From positions 2,006 to 66,005 of the IMG/VR virus record IMGVR_UViG_3300032296_002452: a stretch of DNA of 64,000 nucleotides; one strand, written 5' to 3'. Shown one piece after another: positions 30,818 to 40,089 of this stretch; position 1 is the first letter of the stretch; each line of letters opens with the position of its first letter. A program made the translations under genes and the position numbers. Under the pieces are notes generated by a model. The model did no database searches. It had not been told where the DNA came from and saw only the letters and a program-made list of their open reading frames with translations. This DNA is from a virus. Its lineage: Duplodnaviria > Caudoviricetes.

Positions 30818-33800
30818 TAATTAAACTTCTTTTTTAAGTTATACACTTTTTTATCATTATCAACATTTTGTGTTGTATATAAATTTTTAACATTTGTTTT
30901 TTGTGTTGCCGATGCAGCTGGTAGGGTTGAGAATGTAAAATTTCTTTTAACTCCTGACGGGAATGTTTTGTACTTTTCACCAAAAAAGTTTGGGTTACCG
31001 TTTTTAAATAACGTTAGGGTTTTTATTGCCTCGTCTTGTTCTCTTTGGAATGCCGCCTTTGTTTGTGTTCCATAAAATAAATCAAAATTTCTTTCAAATG
31101 AAACATCATTAATGTCTTTTAACATTTTTGTTCTAAAATTTTCGTAGTTTTTTAAAATTGTTTGACACAATATCATGTATTCTCTTTTTTTGGTTGTTGA
31201 ATTAAAATCATTTGAGTCTGAAGTTTGTATTGGTTCAAAGTCACCACCAGCTTTATAACTTACGTTATATAGAAAATTAGGTCCTGTGTTTTTTAATGCG
31301 GTAATAAATTGTGTATTTCCACTCCCTATTAATGTTAAATCAGAAATTAAAGTTGTATATGAATCAGCGGTTAGTGATGTTGTAGTTCCTGTTTGAATTG
31401 TTGTACCTGAAATATTAAATATCTTAGGGTTACCATCTGTCATAATGTACGCATCGGTATTACTCGCAATTAAATTGGCACAATCTATTAGATAACCTAA
31501 ACTTTGTTGTTGTGTTGTTATTGTTTGTATTCTTTCTGTTAGTTTACTCAAAAAACCACTTTTTAATTCATTTAAGAATGTGGTATAATTTTTCTTAAAA
31601 GTTCTAATACTGGCTTGATTAGCACCTTTACCCGCAACTCCCGATTGTATAAATGCAATACTATCTGTTTCAATATCTAAAGTAAGTGCCGAAAAAACCT
31701 CATCAATATTTTTTTGATACGCCGATGGTTTACCGTATAATGGTGAATCTATTGGTGTGTTAAACGCTAATAATTTTCCTGTGGTATAGTCCATTTCAGA
31801 AACAGTTGCTTGATATACACCATAGTTGTATTCATTAACTATTTCATTCATAAATGTATCTACCGCACTGTAATACTCTTTTGTCTGAGTATTTAATTTG
31901 TCCATAAACACTGTGTATGATGTGGTACCTGTTTCAGCAGTCTCTGTTTGTGTTCTTAGTGTAATGTCACCAATTGTTTTTCCAAAATCGTTCTCTTGGA
32001 CGTTGTTTACACTATTCACACCAACCACAGGTGTTTGGTCAATTATCGCCTGTACTAACGCCTTGTCAAGTGCCGACGTATCTACAGTTGGTGTTGCTCT
32101 TTCATCATATATTTCAGTATTTGCGTAGAAATTAAATGACAATGCATTTTGTAGTCTTTCTACAGGATTTTTAAGTCCACTACCACCAATAAAGTTAAAT
32201 CCTAAAGTTACATCAACTATCATAGGTTGTACACCAATTCCTTCAGGATTTAAATCAAGATTTTCATATTTTAAACTTAAACTTGTGGGAATTATTTTTG
32301 TATTATAAAAATCACCAATTCTCAATACCAATACGGGAGGTGCTCCAAAAGCGGTGTTTATAGCATCGTTATATATTTTTTCACCGTTAGCACCAATTGT
32401 AGGTATTGTGTCACCAGGTCTTGTACATTGTTGTAAGAAAGTTAATCTACCATTTAATCCTTCAGGTGTCATACTGTGAAAGACTGGCGAAAAATATTTT
32501 ATTTTATCTTTAATAGAATCAAATACGAATGGATTTGTTTCTTTTAATACTTCAAAATAGTCGCATTCAGATAGTAGATATCTTAGTATTTTTTTACTTA
32601 TACCTTGTTTTACTTGTTGTAGTAAATCTATCTGTGGTTGTGGTTTTTGTGGTTGTGGTGTTCTTCCTTGAGCGGCCAATGCGTCATTCTGATTTGCGGT
32701 TATATCGGGTGGTGGTGTAGAAGACAATGGTTCAGAAGTTATACTACTAATTCTAACCACACGACACGCCATTGCGTTTAATCCATACCACTTAACAGTC
32801 AAGTCTTGGGTTGTTGCCAAATCGCCATCGGTACAATTATAAGAATCTAATGTGGTATTTTTGTTGTAACTTCTTGGTTGTACGCCTTCTGCGTTTTCTC
32901 CAAGAGCTAAAGGTTGTATTAATACTTTACCTTCGTCAATCAAGTTACTCAAACTTAATGTTTCTTCCCCTGATTGAAATGTAAATCCTGAAAAATACTG
33001 TAACACACTATCAATTCTTCTTTGGGAAAGTTTATCGTTGTATGTTTTGCTTTGTGGTGCAGACGCACTACCTTGTAGTCTGATTGTTACTCTTTCGTTT
33101 TTATTTTTTACAACATTAATAATATCTTTTAATAGTTCTTTAGATTGATTGTAATTGTCACTAATTATGTCATCAAAGAAATTGCCTATTTGTTCTTGTA
33201 CGGTTCCTCCGTTTTTGGCGTTTTGGTCAACGTAAAATTGTTTAAGACCTAAATATGGACCAACTAAATTTTCAAATGGTTGGGTTGAGAAAACCTGTGT
33301 GGTGTTTGGGTCGGGTATGTCGTTTTCAAAATAAAACCCTAAGTTTTGATATTTGTTTAGATTTACCTCTGTTGGTTGTTGTACTGTTTGACTATCGTTA
33401 TTAGTTGCATTACTTATTGCGGATACATCTTCCTGTGTTGAATTTGGGTTGTTTAATATTTGTTGATAAGTGTATAGTTCACTAGTGGGTATTGTATTAT
33501 ACTGTCTGGCCAATTCATATAAATCATATTTTCTACATCCGGCATAAAAAGAATTTATTACAGAATCCACTTTAGCTCTGTCTGTTTCAGATGCCAACAC
33601 TTTGTTAACAAGTATGTTTACAACAGAAGGATGGTCAACTACCATCTTCCAAGATAACGTACCGGTTCTTTTTGTATTTGTGTAAGTATATACAGGTTCA
33701 GGTCTTCCTAAGAAATCATGGTCTTTAAATGATGGGGTAACGCTCTCATCAAATTTCAAATCGTATGGTGGAAACCACATAACCCTACCTCCATTAGGTC

Positions 33801-35760
33801 CTCTTTCACATACGGGTAAATCTTGAACTCTGTAATCGGGTCTTGCTCCTGTTCTCCAAGCCAAATTCTCAATAGAAAACATATATTTTCTAGCATAACC
33901 ACCAAGACCATTATTATTGTTTGGTACTATGTTTGTAGAATCCGTTCCTTTATATGGTGCGATGTTTAAGTTATATGTGTTATCCAAAACCGAGTCGGCG
34001 AATTTTCTTCCGTAATTTGTTATACCTTCTCTTTTTTGTAAGTCGGTAAAAGTATAATATGGTGTGTCTTTGGTAAAAATCCTACAGTATTCTTGTCCTA
34101 CTTCAACACCATTTTGTGATTTATAAGAAATTACTTTTGAACCTTTAGTGATTTCTTTGTACCCATCATTAAATACTTTCGCCGTTTGGTCTATTGCATT
34201 TCCTACGTGAGCAAATCTTGCCTTTCCTTCCGGTATTGAGTCAATTAATTTTTGTGTATTAAATAGTATTGAGTTTGGTGTAAACTCGTATCTTGTTGAT
34301 TCTGTGGCTTGTAGTGTATTACTAATCTCATTAAATTGTGGGTCGGCACCAAAAACTTTACCGCCAGGTCCAACGTAATTTCCTGCGTCTTTTTTGTATT
34401 TTGGTGATACCCAAGTAAATCCACCTTGTATACTTCCGTCGTCTTCGTATGCCCTACCTGCTAAACCAAATTTAAAATCCTTATCTTCACCTTCAAATAA
34501 TTTAGCCAATAAGTCATTACCGTATACGGGCGCATTCACTTCTTTTCCCACATCATTTAAAGGTACTTGACCTGGTGGTGATGTAAGTGTTGATGGGTCT
34601 CTGTCTGTACCACCAACATAAAAATCACCAGAACCTGCGGGTGAGTCAAATATTGATGTAATTGCACCAACTATTCGACTTACCAAATTACCTCCCTTTG
34701 TAAGTTGGTAGTTTGGTCTATATCGGTTCATATCTATGTTAGCCTGTAATTGAGATTTTTGACCTGAACCAGTATATTCCAAAAATAACTCAGATGGTGT
34801 TCTACCTCTGTCTGTTTTACGTCCTAATAATTTACCTACGAACCCACTTCTATATGCAGCGATTTGTGAGAAAGCACTACCATAGTTTTTTTGTTCCATG
34901 TCTTCGTCAAAATAATCACCCGGTATTGGTGATACAGGAATTGTTACACCAGCAAATCTTTGCAGGATATCCATACCATTACCTAATATTCCGCCGCTAA
35001 CCGTAATTTTCCAATCTCTAGCCACTAACGGTCTTTTTCCTGCAAGTATTTGAGCCAAATTAAATGGGTCTTTTAGTCCGTTCAATATGTTTAATCTACC
35101 TATTGTTTGATTTCTAACATTTTGGTCAACTCTATATTGTAAATTGTCTTTTAGATTTTTAGCGGATAGTTTCATCGGGTCTGAATCTTCAGATAACAAT
35201 CCGTCGTCACCCACAGGGTCACCTTGTAAAAGAATATTATATGGGGTATAAATAGAAGGAACAAAACTTGGTGGTGTCCAATAGTTTTGGAATGTAGGAA
35301 TTACCGTTCTGTCTATTGAGTTGTCGTAAACAAACGTATATGATGTTTGAGCACTTTGAGTTATATCTACAACAGGAAGGGGAGCAAACTTATTTCTTGT
35401 TGCGTTTGCTGCTCTAAAAGTAAAATTATATCTAACTATAGCATTTAAAAATGGTGGTGTTGGTCCGTAAGCCCCTTGATTTGGTTGTGTTGGTTCAGTA
35501 TCGGTAATAAAACTAATGTCTTTATCATAACCACCGTTAGGTCCGTACTCATTTCTTTTATACGCATCAGTAAGATAAGGTTCATTAACTAATGGGTCAG
35601 GTGTATTAACAACTGAAAAGTCTCTTAAAAATAAATCACCCGCCGCCCTATCATTTTTTCCCGAATATATACCGGGTACGTTGTAGGGTGGAAGGTTTCT
35701 ACCCAGTAAATTTTGTCTGAGTATAAAGGTAGAAAAATATGATAATGGACTTTCTGCCAT
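30817..35760 (-). CDS. Tail tube initiator / baseplate protein with an inserted OmpA-like domain (1647 aa)
   Basis: FPPYDLKFDES...FLGRPEPVYTYTNTKRTGTLSW and APPVLVLRIGD tube-initiator motifs flank IRLQGSAS...YNDKLSQRRIDSV...LGE...CRVVRI. Confidence 0.65.
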   Translation of the reverse strand: MAESPLSYFSTFILRQNLLGRNLPPYNVPGIYSGKNDRAAGDLFLRDFSVVNTPDPLVNEPYLTDAYKRNEYGPNGGYDKDISFITDTEPTQPNQGAYGPTPPFLNAIVRYNFTFRAANATRNKFAPLPVVDITQSAQTSYTFVYDNSIDRTVIPTFQNYWTPPSFVPSIYTPYNILLQGDPVGDDGLLSEDSDPMKLSAKNLKDNLQYRVDQNVRNQTIGRLNILNGLKDPFNLAQILAGKRPLVARDWKITVSGGILGNGMDILQRFAGVTIPVSPIPGDYFDEDMEQKNYGSAFSQIAAYRSGFVGKLLGRKTDRGRTPSELFLEYTGSGQKSQLQANIDMNRYRPNYQLTKGGNLVSRIVGAITSIFDSPAGSGDFYVGGTDRDPSTLTSPPGQVPLNDVGKEVNAPVYGNDLLAKLFEGEDKDFKFGLAGRAYEDDGSIQGGFTWVSPKYKKDAGNYVGPGGKVFGADPQFNEISNTLQATESTRYEFTPNSILFNTQKLIDSIPEGKARFAHVGNAIDQTAKVFNDGYKEITKGSKVISYKSQNGVEVGQEYCRIFTKDTPYYTFTDLQKREGITNYGRKFADSVLDNTYNLNIAPYKGTDSTNIVPNNNNGLGGYARKYMFSIENLAWRTGARPDYRVQDLPVCERGPNGGRVMWFPPYDLKFDESVTPSFKDHDFLGRPEPVYTYTNTKRTGTLSWKMVVDHPSVVNILVNKVLASETDRAKVDSVINSFYAGCRKYDLYELARQYNTIPTSELYTYQQILNNPNSTQEDVSAISNATNNDSQTVQQPTEVNLNKYQNLGFYFENDIPDPNTTQVFSTQPFENLVGPYLGLKQFYVDQNAKNGGTVQEQIGNFFDDIISDNYNQSKELLKDIINVVKNKNERVTIRLQGSASAPQSKTYNDKLSQRRIDSVLQYFSGFTFQSGEETLSLSNLIDEGKVLIQPLALGENAEGVQPRSYNKNTTLDSYNCTDGDLATTQDLTVKWYGLNAMACRVVRISSITSEPLSSTPPPDITANQNDALAAQGRTPQPQKPQPQIDLLQQVKQGISKKILRYLLSECDYFEVLKETNPFVFDSIKDKIKYFSPVFHSMTPEGLNGRLTFLQQCTRPGDTIPTIGANGEKIYNDAINTAFGAPPVLVLRIGDFYNTKIIPTSLSLKYENLDLNPEGIGVQPMIVDVTLGFNFIGGSGLKNPVERLQNALSFNFYANTEIYDERATPTVDTSALDKALVQAIIDQTPVVGVNSVNNVQENDFGKTIGDITLRTQTETAETGTTSYTVFMDKLNTQTKEYYSAVDTFMNEIVNEYNYGVYQATVSEMDYTTGKLLAFNTPIDSPLYGKPSAYQKNIDEVFSALTLDIETDSIAFIQSGVAGKGANQASIRTFKKNYTTFLNELKSGFLSKLTERIQTITTQQQSLGYLIDCANLIASNTDAYIMTDGNPKIFNISGTTIQTGTTTSLTADSYTTLISDLTLIGSGNTQFITALKNTGPNFLYNVSYKAGGDFEPIQTSDSNDFNSTTKKREYMILCQTILKNYENFRTKMLKDINDVSFERNFDLFYGTQTKAAFQREQDEAIKTLTLFKNGNPNFFGEKYKTFPSGVKRNFTFSTLPAASATQKTNVKNLYTTQNVDNDKKVYNLKKKFN

Positions 35761-35793
35761 ATGTTTTCTATAAATAGATTACTCCACGGTTTT

Positions 35794-37602
35794 TTATTGT
35801 GTAGTCGTATTTGGTTTTAATGGCATTGCTTTACCAATATTATTATTTTTTTCAATTTCACTTCTAATTATACCTTCTATATAACTCTTTAACTCAGGAC
35901 TTATTGTCACTTGTTCGTTGTTTTTTCCATTTACACTAACAGAACCTGAAACGTCTATTTTAATGTCTTCAACTTTTACGTTTGTGTTTTGATTTACATT
36001 TTGTGTTAATGTTTGGCTTTTAACATCAACACCAAACGATTTACTTAGTTCAACAAAACCTTTTGACACAACATCTGTAATTGTATTTCCTAAACCAGCA
36101 AAAACGTTATCAGGCATAATGTCTTTTTTGAATTGTGTTGAGTAATCAAAACTCATAACTCTGTTGGATAGTGTTTCCAATCCTGTAACAAAATTATCTC
36201 CAAATTTTGCAAATTTACCCAAAACATCTCCCAATCCTTGTTTACCTGATATAACATCATTTAGTGTTCCTATACTAGAAGATATTGCTTGGTCAACATT
36301 TGACTGAAACTCTCTAGGTCTTACTAAGTTTGTAAACCCTTCTCTTGCGGTTCCTGTTGCACCACGAAGTATTTCTTGGGACGAGGAAACAATTCTAGTT
36401 CCCGCTAATGGTCCCGCAATTGTGGCTCTTATTGCCGCCACGTCGGCTTGTATTATTTTTTCGGTATCGAGTGCTGCTCTCGCGATTTCTTTGGGGGATA
36501 ACTCAGCATTCGCATCCTGTATCGCCTTTATATCCGCACTGTTTATTTGGCTAACTAATTTTGTATCACCCTGGGTATTTAACTTAACAACAAAACCACC
36601 TTTTGTTTTGTCGTACTGTGCTACGTTAGCAATAAATTGTTTTGTTTCTTCAGGAATATCACCACCCAATTTTAAATCTCTACCAACTATTTTTAATCTT
36701 TCAGTCGCTTGACTCATTTTAACCAAGTCGTCATAAGCAATTCCTGTTTCGGTTTGAAGAACTCTCAAATCACGTTTTGCATTTGGGTATAATTCAAATG
36801 ATTTGGTTTTTTCATTAAAGAATGTAAATCCTTCGGTTACTTTAGAAATTTGTTTTGTTAGTTCTTCAGTGTCTTCACTCGCCAAATACATTAATCTAAA
36901 TGGGTCAGCCAAGTCACCAGCAGCGACTCCCATTCTTTGAAAAGCAGCAACCATTTTAATTGCACCTTCAGGGTCAAATACTTTTTCGGCAAAGTCAAAA
37001 ATGCTTTTCATGTTTATTCTTAAAGCCGCTGCTTGAGCTGCCATTCTACCTAATCCTTCAACACCATCCTCAAACCCAAACTTGTTCATATCGTCCAAAC
37101 CTATACTAATGTTCTTCATTACGGCATCGACGTTAACTCCGACCGCTCTTGCGTTGTTAGCTGCGGCGTTTAATGCCTCGGGAAAATCGTTAATAGATTT
37201 ACCGACTGTAATAAAATTTTCAGCCATTGTTCCAACGGTACCCGCCTGTAAACTATACGCTTGTGTTACCTCAGCAATTGCAACCATTTGTTGACTTGTT
37301 AATAAAAGATTAACTTGTAAACCATCTAAAATTTCGTCTTGAGCCTTTTTTGCCTTGGCTAAAGCGTCTGCAAAATCTATACTTCCCGTTGATATCGCCT
37401 GTAATTCAGGTACCGCTAATGATAAACTCTGTTGGATACCAGCAGCATATTGACGAGATTGTCCCATGGCACCAACAATAGAACTTGCTTGTACATCTAA
37501 CCCCTTGTACAATGCGTTCATACTTTCCGCCAATGTACTGAAAGCGTTTTTTATCTCTTCAGTAATTTTTTGAAAATTAAATGTACTGCCCGTATCTGCC
37601 AT
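35794..37602 (-). CDS. Tape measure protein (602 aa)
   Basis: Ala/Gln-rich helical composition; canonical position after tube and chaperone genes and before the tube initiator. Confidence 0.7.
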   Translation of the reverse strand: MADTGSTFNFQKITEEIKNAFSTLAESMNALYKGLDVQASSIVGAMGQSRQYAAGIQQSLSLAVPELQAISTGSIDFADALAKAKKAQDEILDGLQVNLLLTSQQMVAIAEVTQAYSLQAGTVGTMAENFITVGKSINDFPEALNAAANNARAVGVNVDAVMKNISIGLDDMNKFGFEDGVEGLGRMAAQAAALRINMKSIFDFAEKVFDPEGAIKMVAAFQRMGVAAGDLADPFRLMYLASEDTEELTKQISKVTEGFTFFNEKTKSFELYPNAKRDLRVLQTETGIAYDDLVKMSQATERLKIVGRDLKLGGDIPEETKQFIANVAQYDKTKGGFVVKLNTQGDTKLVSQINSADIKAIQDANAELSPKEIARAALDTEKIIQADVAAIRATIAGPLAGTRIVSSSQEILRGATGTAREGFTNLVRPREFQSNVDQAISSSIGTLNDVISGKQGLGDVLGKFAKFGDNFVTGLETLSNRVMSFDYSTQFKKDIMPDNVFAGLGNTITDVVSKGFVELSKSFGVDVKSQTLTQNVNQNTNVKVEDIKIDVSGSVSVNGKNNEQVTISPELKSYIEGIIRSEIEKNNNIGKAMPLKPNTTTQ

Positions 37603-37624
37603 TTTTTACTTATAAATAGGTATC

Positions 37625-37816
37625 TTAATCATTTTTGGTAAATTCAGTTACTAATTTATCTATAAGATATCTTCTCATAAAACTAGGCATTGTTAAAAAA
37701 TCACTATACGTGACTGTAGTATGTCTCGACAAAACGTAAAATTCGTCGATAAGTAAGCTTCTATAATCAGAAGAAAACCCGAAAAAATTCCACCCCGAAG
37801 TTGATAGAAACATCAA
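37625..37816 (-). CDS. Small tail/hub assembly protein (T4 gp51-C / lambda gpT-like), possibly made as a frameshift extension
   Basis: LLIDEFYVL...YSDFLTMPSFMRRYLI; overlaps the upstream gene in the +1 frame. Confidence 0.6.
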   Translation of the reverse strand: MMFLSTSGWNFFGFSSDYRSLLIDEFYVLSRHTTVTYSDFLTMPSFMRRYLIDKLVTEFTKND

Positions 37817-38513
37817 CTTTTTTTCCTGACGGGGTATAAACTGTTTTAACCAAATCTAATCTTGGTTCATTTTTATCCAAAAACTCACGTATAAATTTAG
37901 AATCTGAAATTGGCATTGATTGGATAAACTTAGATATTTCATTGGAATCTTTACTACCATTAACTTCAATCAATTGTTTTTGTAACGCCCATGTAACTTT
38001 GGGTACTACCATGTTTGGTGGGTATGATTGTGCCATAACATCTAAATCTTTTGTATCCTTTAAACATAAAGGTTTCAATTTGACTTCAACCCCACTTTTA
38101 GGTAACACAACTTTATAATGTCCGTTTTCATCAGGTTCTTGTTCAGGTCTTTTTATGTTTAACTCATCCAACAATAATGTTGTCGTGAATTTTTGTCCTG
38201 TATCGGGGTCGTTTACACTTATATTATATTCAGGACCAAAAGCAGTATTCCTTAAAAAAATTAATATTGCCTCAACATCTCCTTGCATTAACTCGTCCGG
38301 TTTTAAGTCTGGTTCATATAACTTAGTACGAATAAGTTGAGTAATCATATCATTAGTATTACTCATTAAAAGGTTTTCGTCAGCCGCGGTTAAGTATCCG
38401 ACTTTTACGCTTTTCTTTTTTGATTTATAAAATCTACCTCCAGTAGGTAGTGGAACCACATCGTGTGGTAAATTAAAATTTTCTTGCCCGAATTTAGTCA
38501 AATTTTCATCCAT
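37767..38513 (-). CDS. Tail assembly chaperone / hub assembly protein (T4 gp26-like)
   Basis: VPLPTGGRFY, YLTAADENLL, GDVEAILIFLRNTAFG, C-terminal FGVEFF; between tube and tape measure genes. Confidence 0.75.
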   Translation of the reverse strand: MDENLTKFGQENFNLPHDVVPLPTGGRFYKSKKKSVKVGYLTAADENLLMSNTNDMITQLIRTKLYEPDLKPDELMQGDVEAILIFLRNTAFGPEYNISVNDPDTGQKFTTTLLLDELNIKRPEQEPDENGHYKVVLPKSGVEVKLKPLCLKDTKDLDVMAQSYPPNMVVPKVTWALQKQLIEVNGSKDSNEISKFIQSMPISDSKFIREFLDKNEPRLDLVKTVYTPSGKKVDVSINFGVEFFRVFF

Positions 38514-38543
38514 AAAAAAACACAGGGGTTAGTCCCTGTGTTT
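38514..38543 (-). terminator. Intrinsic terminator after the tail tube gene
   Basis: AAACACAGGG-ACTAAC-CCCTGTGTTT with a T run that abuts the next ATG. Confidence 0.7.
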
Positions 38544-38593
38544 AAATATACTTAGGTTGATTATTAAATCAACAAAATATGAAAAATATAGTA

Positions 38594-39082
38594 TTAGTAA
38601 ACTAATATACAACGGTCAGGTTGTAAAGTTACATCAAAATCAGCTAACTTGTCATCAGAATAACCTACGTTACCCCAACCAACTTTTGTAATTATAGTTC
38701 CTTCAAGTATCCATTTTTCAACTACAACTCCTGTTGGGTCTAGCATTTCTAAATCAACGTTTTTCTTATAACCCGCAGCGTAACCCATACGACCTGTTAC
38801 TGATTCTGCGTGTAAACGAACCCATTCCATAATTGCTTGTGTTGCGGATGGACCTATTGGGTCACGGAATTTAACGTTAATTGTACCCCAAGTAAATCTA
38901 CCCGACACAAATGTCGAAGTATTCAAAAACGGGATTTCAACTCCTTTTATGTCAATTGATGGTCTACCTGATGATTCAACAAACCATTCATTTAAACCCA
39001 ATGTACTATCAAATCTTAAAATAAATCGGTTCGAACGTTTTGGTTCGTATGGAACCGGCATTTTCATGAGTAAATCAGCCAT
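38594..39082 (-). CDS. Tail tube protein (T4 gp19-like)
   Basis: YEPKRSNRF, GRFTWGTINVKFRDPI, YKKNVDLEMLDPTGVVVEKWILEG, LQPDR. Confidence 0.9.
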   Translation of the reverse strand: MADLLMKMPVPYEPKRSNRFILRFDSTLGLNEWFVESSGRPSIDIKGVEIPFLNTSTFVSGRFTWGTINVKFRDPIGPSATQAIMEWVRLHAESVTGRMGYAAGYKKNVDLEMLDPTGVVVEKWILEGTIITKVGWGNVGYSDDKLADFDVTLQPDRCILVY

Positions 39083-39204
39083 AGTATATTTTCTTTAATA
39101 TTTTTATTTTTTATTTTATGTGTATCTATAAATACTCCGAATTAATATTTTTGTATTTACTTTTGTTTTTTAACTTTTATAGTTCCACTAGACCAGTCCA
39201 GAAC

Positions 39205-40032
39205 TTAATATTTTCTTTTAATTCCTCCTTTAGTTAAATAAGTTTGTACTATATTATCAGGGTCATCTTCAAATTTACTTTTCATTAATTCAACATTTTT
39301 TAAATCATCATCTGAAAAACCAATAGAAGGTATAAAATTATTTGTAACTAAATTTTTGATTTTAGCTCTTTGGTTTAATTCTTCTGATAATTGTTTTACA
39401 TAAGTAACAAACTCCCTCATAGCATCAACTTTAGCCTCTTCAGGATTGGACTCAACTCCGGCACCATAACTAACGGGATAAAATTTACACATATCCAAAT
39501 AGTTAATTATTAATTCACGGTCAGAAAGTTTGTCCATGTTCATGAAATTCCTGAATTTCTTTAAATTTTTTATTAGTTGTTTTTTATCAATTCCACCAAA
39601 ATCCATTACAATCATATTGTAAACCGCATCTTTTATTGTTTGTGGTGAATGACCTCTAGCGGTTATTATTGCAAAAATAGAACCATTATTAATTGCCTCA
39701 ACAAAATCGTTCCATACAGGTCCTTTTTCTGCGTCAAAAACATCTACCTTAAATTGTTCGTCTCCGTCTGTTCTAAAATTTCTAAAAGCTGTTGTGTAAT
39801 CTAACCCTATAATTGTTCTACCATTATATTTAAAAGGTTCTTTGCCAATTTTACTTCTGTATTCAGCAAAATCTTCTGTACTCATACCAACCTCTTCCCC
39901 GTTTTCGTCTAAAACCATGATTTTGGTTGGCATAGACAGTATGTTGTCATCCCAATCAAAGGCATAATATTTTAAACTTGGGGTCCCAAATTCTGTAAAC
40001 CCTTCAACAATTCGTTTATATCTATAAAACAT
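39205..40032 (-). CDS. HAD-superfamily phosphatase-like protein
   Basis: Motif I YAFDWDDNI, motif II ITARGH, conserved Lys (EEAK), motif IV GFSDDDLKN. Confidence 0.7.
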   Translation of the reverse strand: MFYRYKRIVEGFTEFGTPSLKYYAFDWDDNILSMPTKIMVLDENGEEVGMSTEDFAEYRSKIGKEPFKYNGRTIIGLDYTTAFRNFRTDGDEQFKVDVFDAEKGPVWNDFVEAINNGSIFAIITARGHSPQTIKDAVYNMIVMDFGGIDKKQLIKNLKKFRNFMNMDKLSDRELIINYLDMCKFYPVSYGAGVESNPEEAKVDAMREFVTYVKQLSEELNQRAKIKNLVTNNFIPSIGFSDDDLKNVELMKSKFEDDPDNIVQTYLTKGGIKRKY

Positions 40033-40049
40033 TAATTTTAGAAATGGCT

Positions 40050-40081
40050 AAAAAATGAGACCGGCACTTAACCGGTCTCAT
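40050..40081 (-). terminator. Intrinsic terminator after the tail sheath gene
   Basis: Perfect 10-bp stem ATGAGACCGG/CCGGTCTCAT with a 7-nt loop, then a T run. Confidence 0.8.
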
Positions 40082-40089
40082 CGTTTTTA

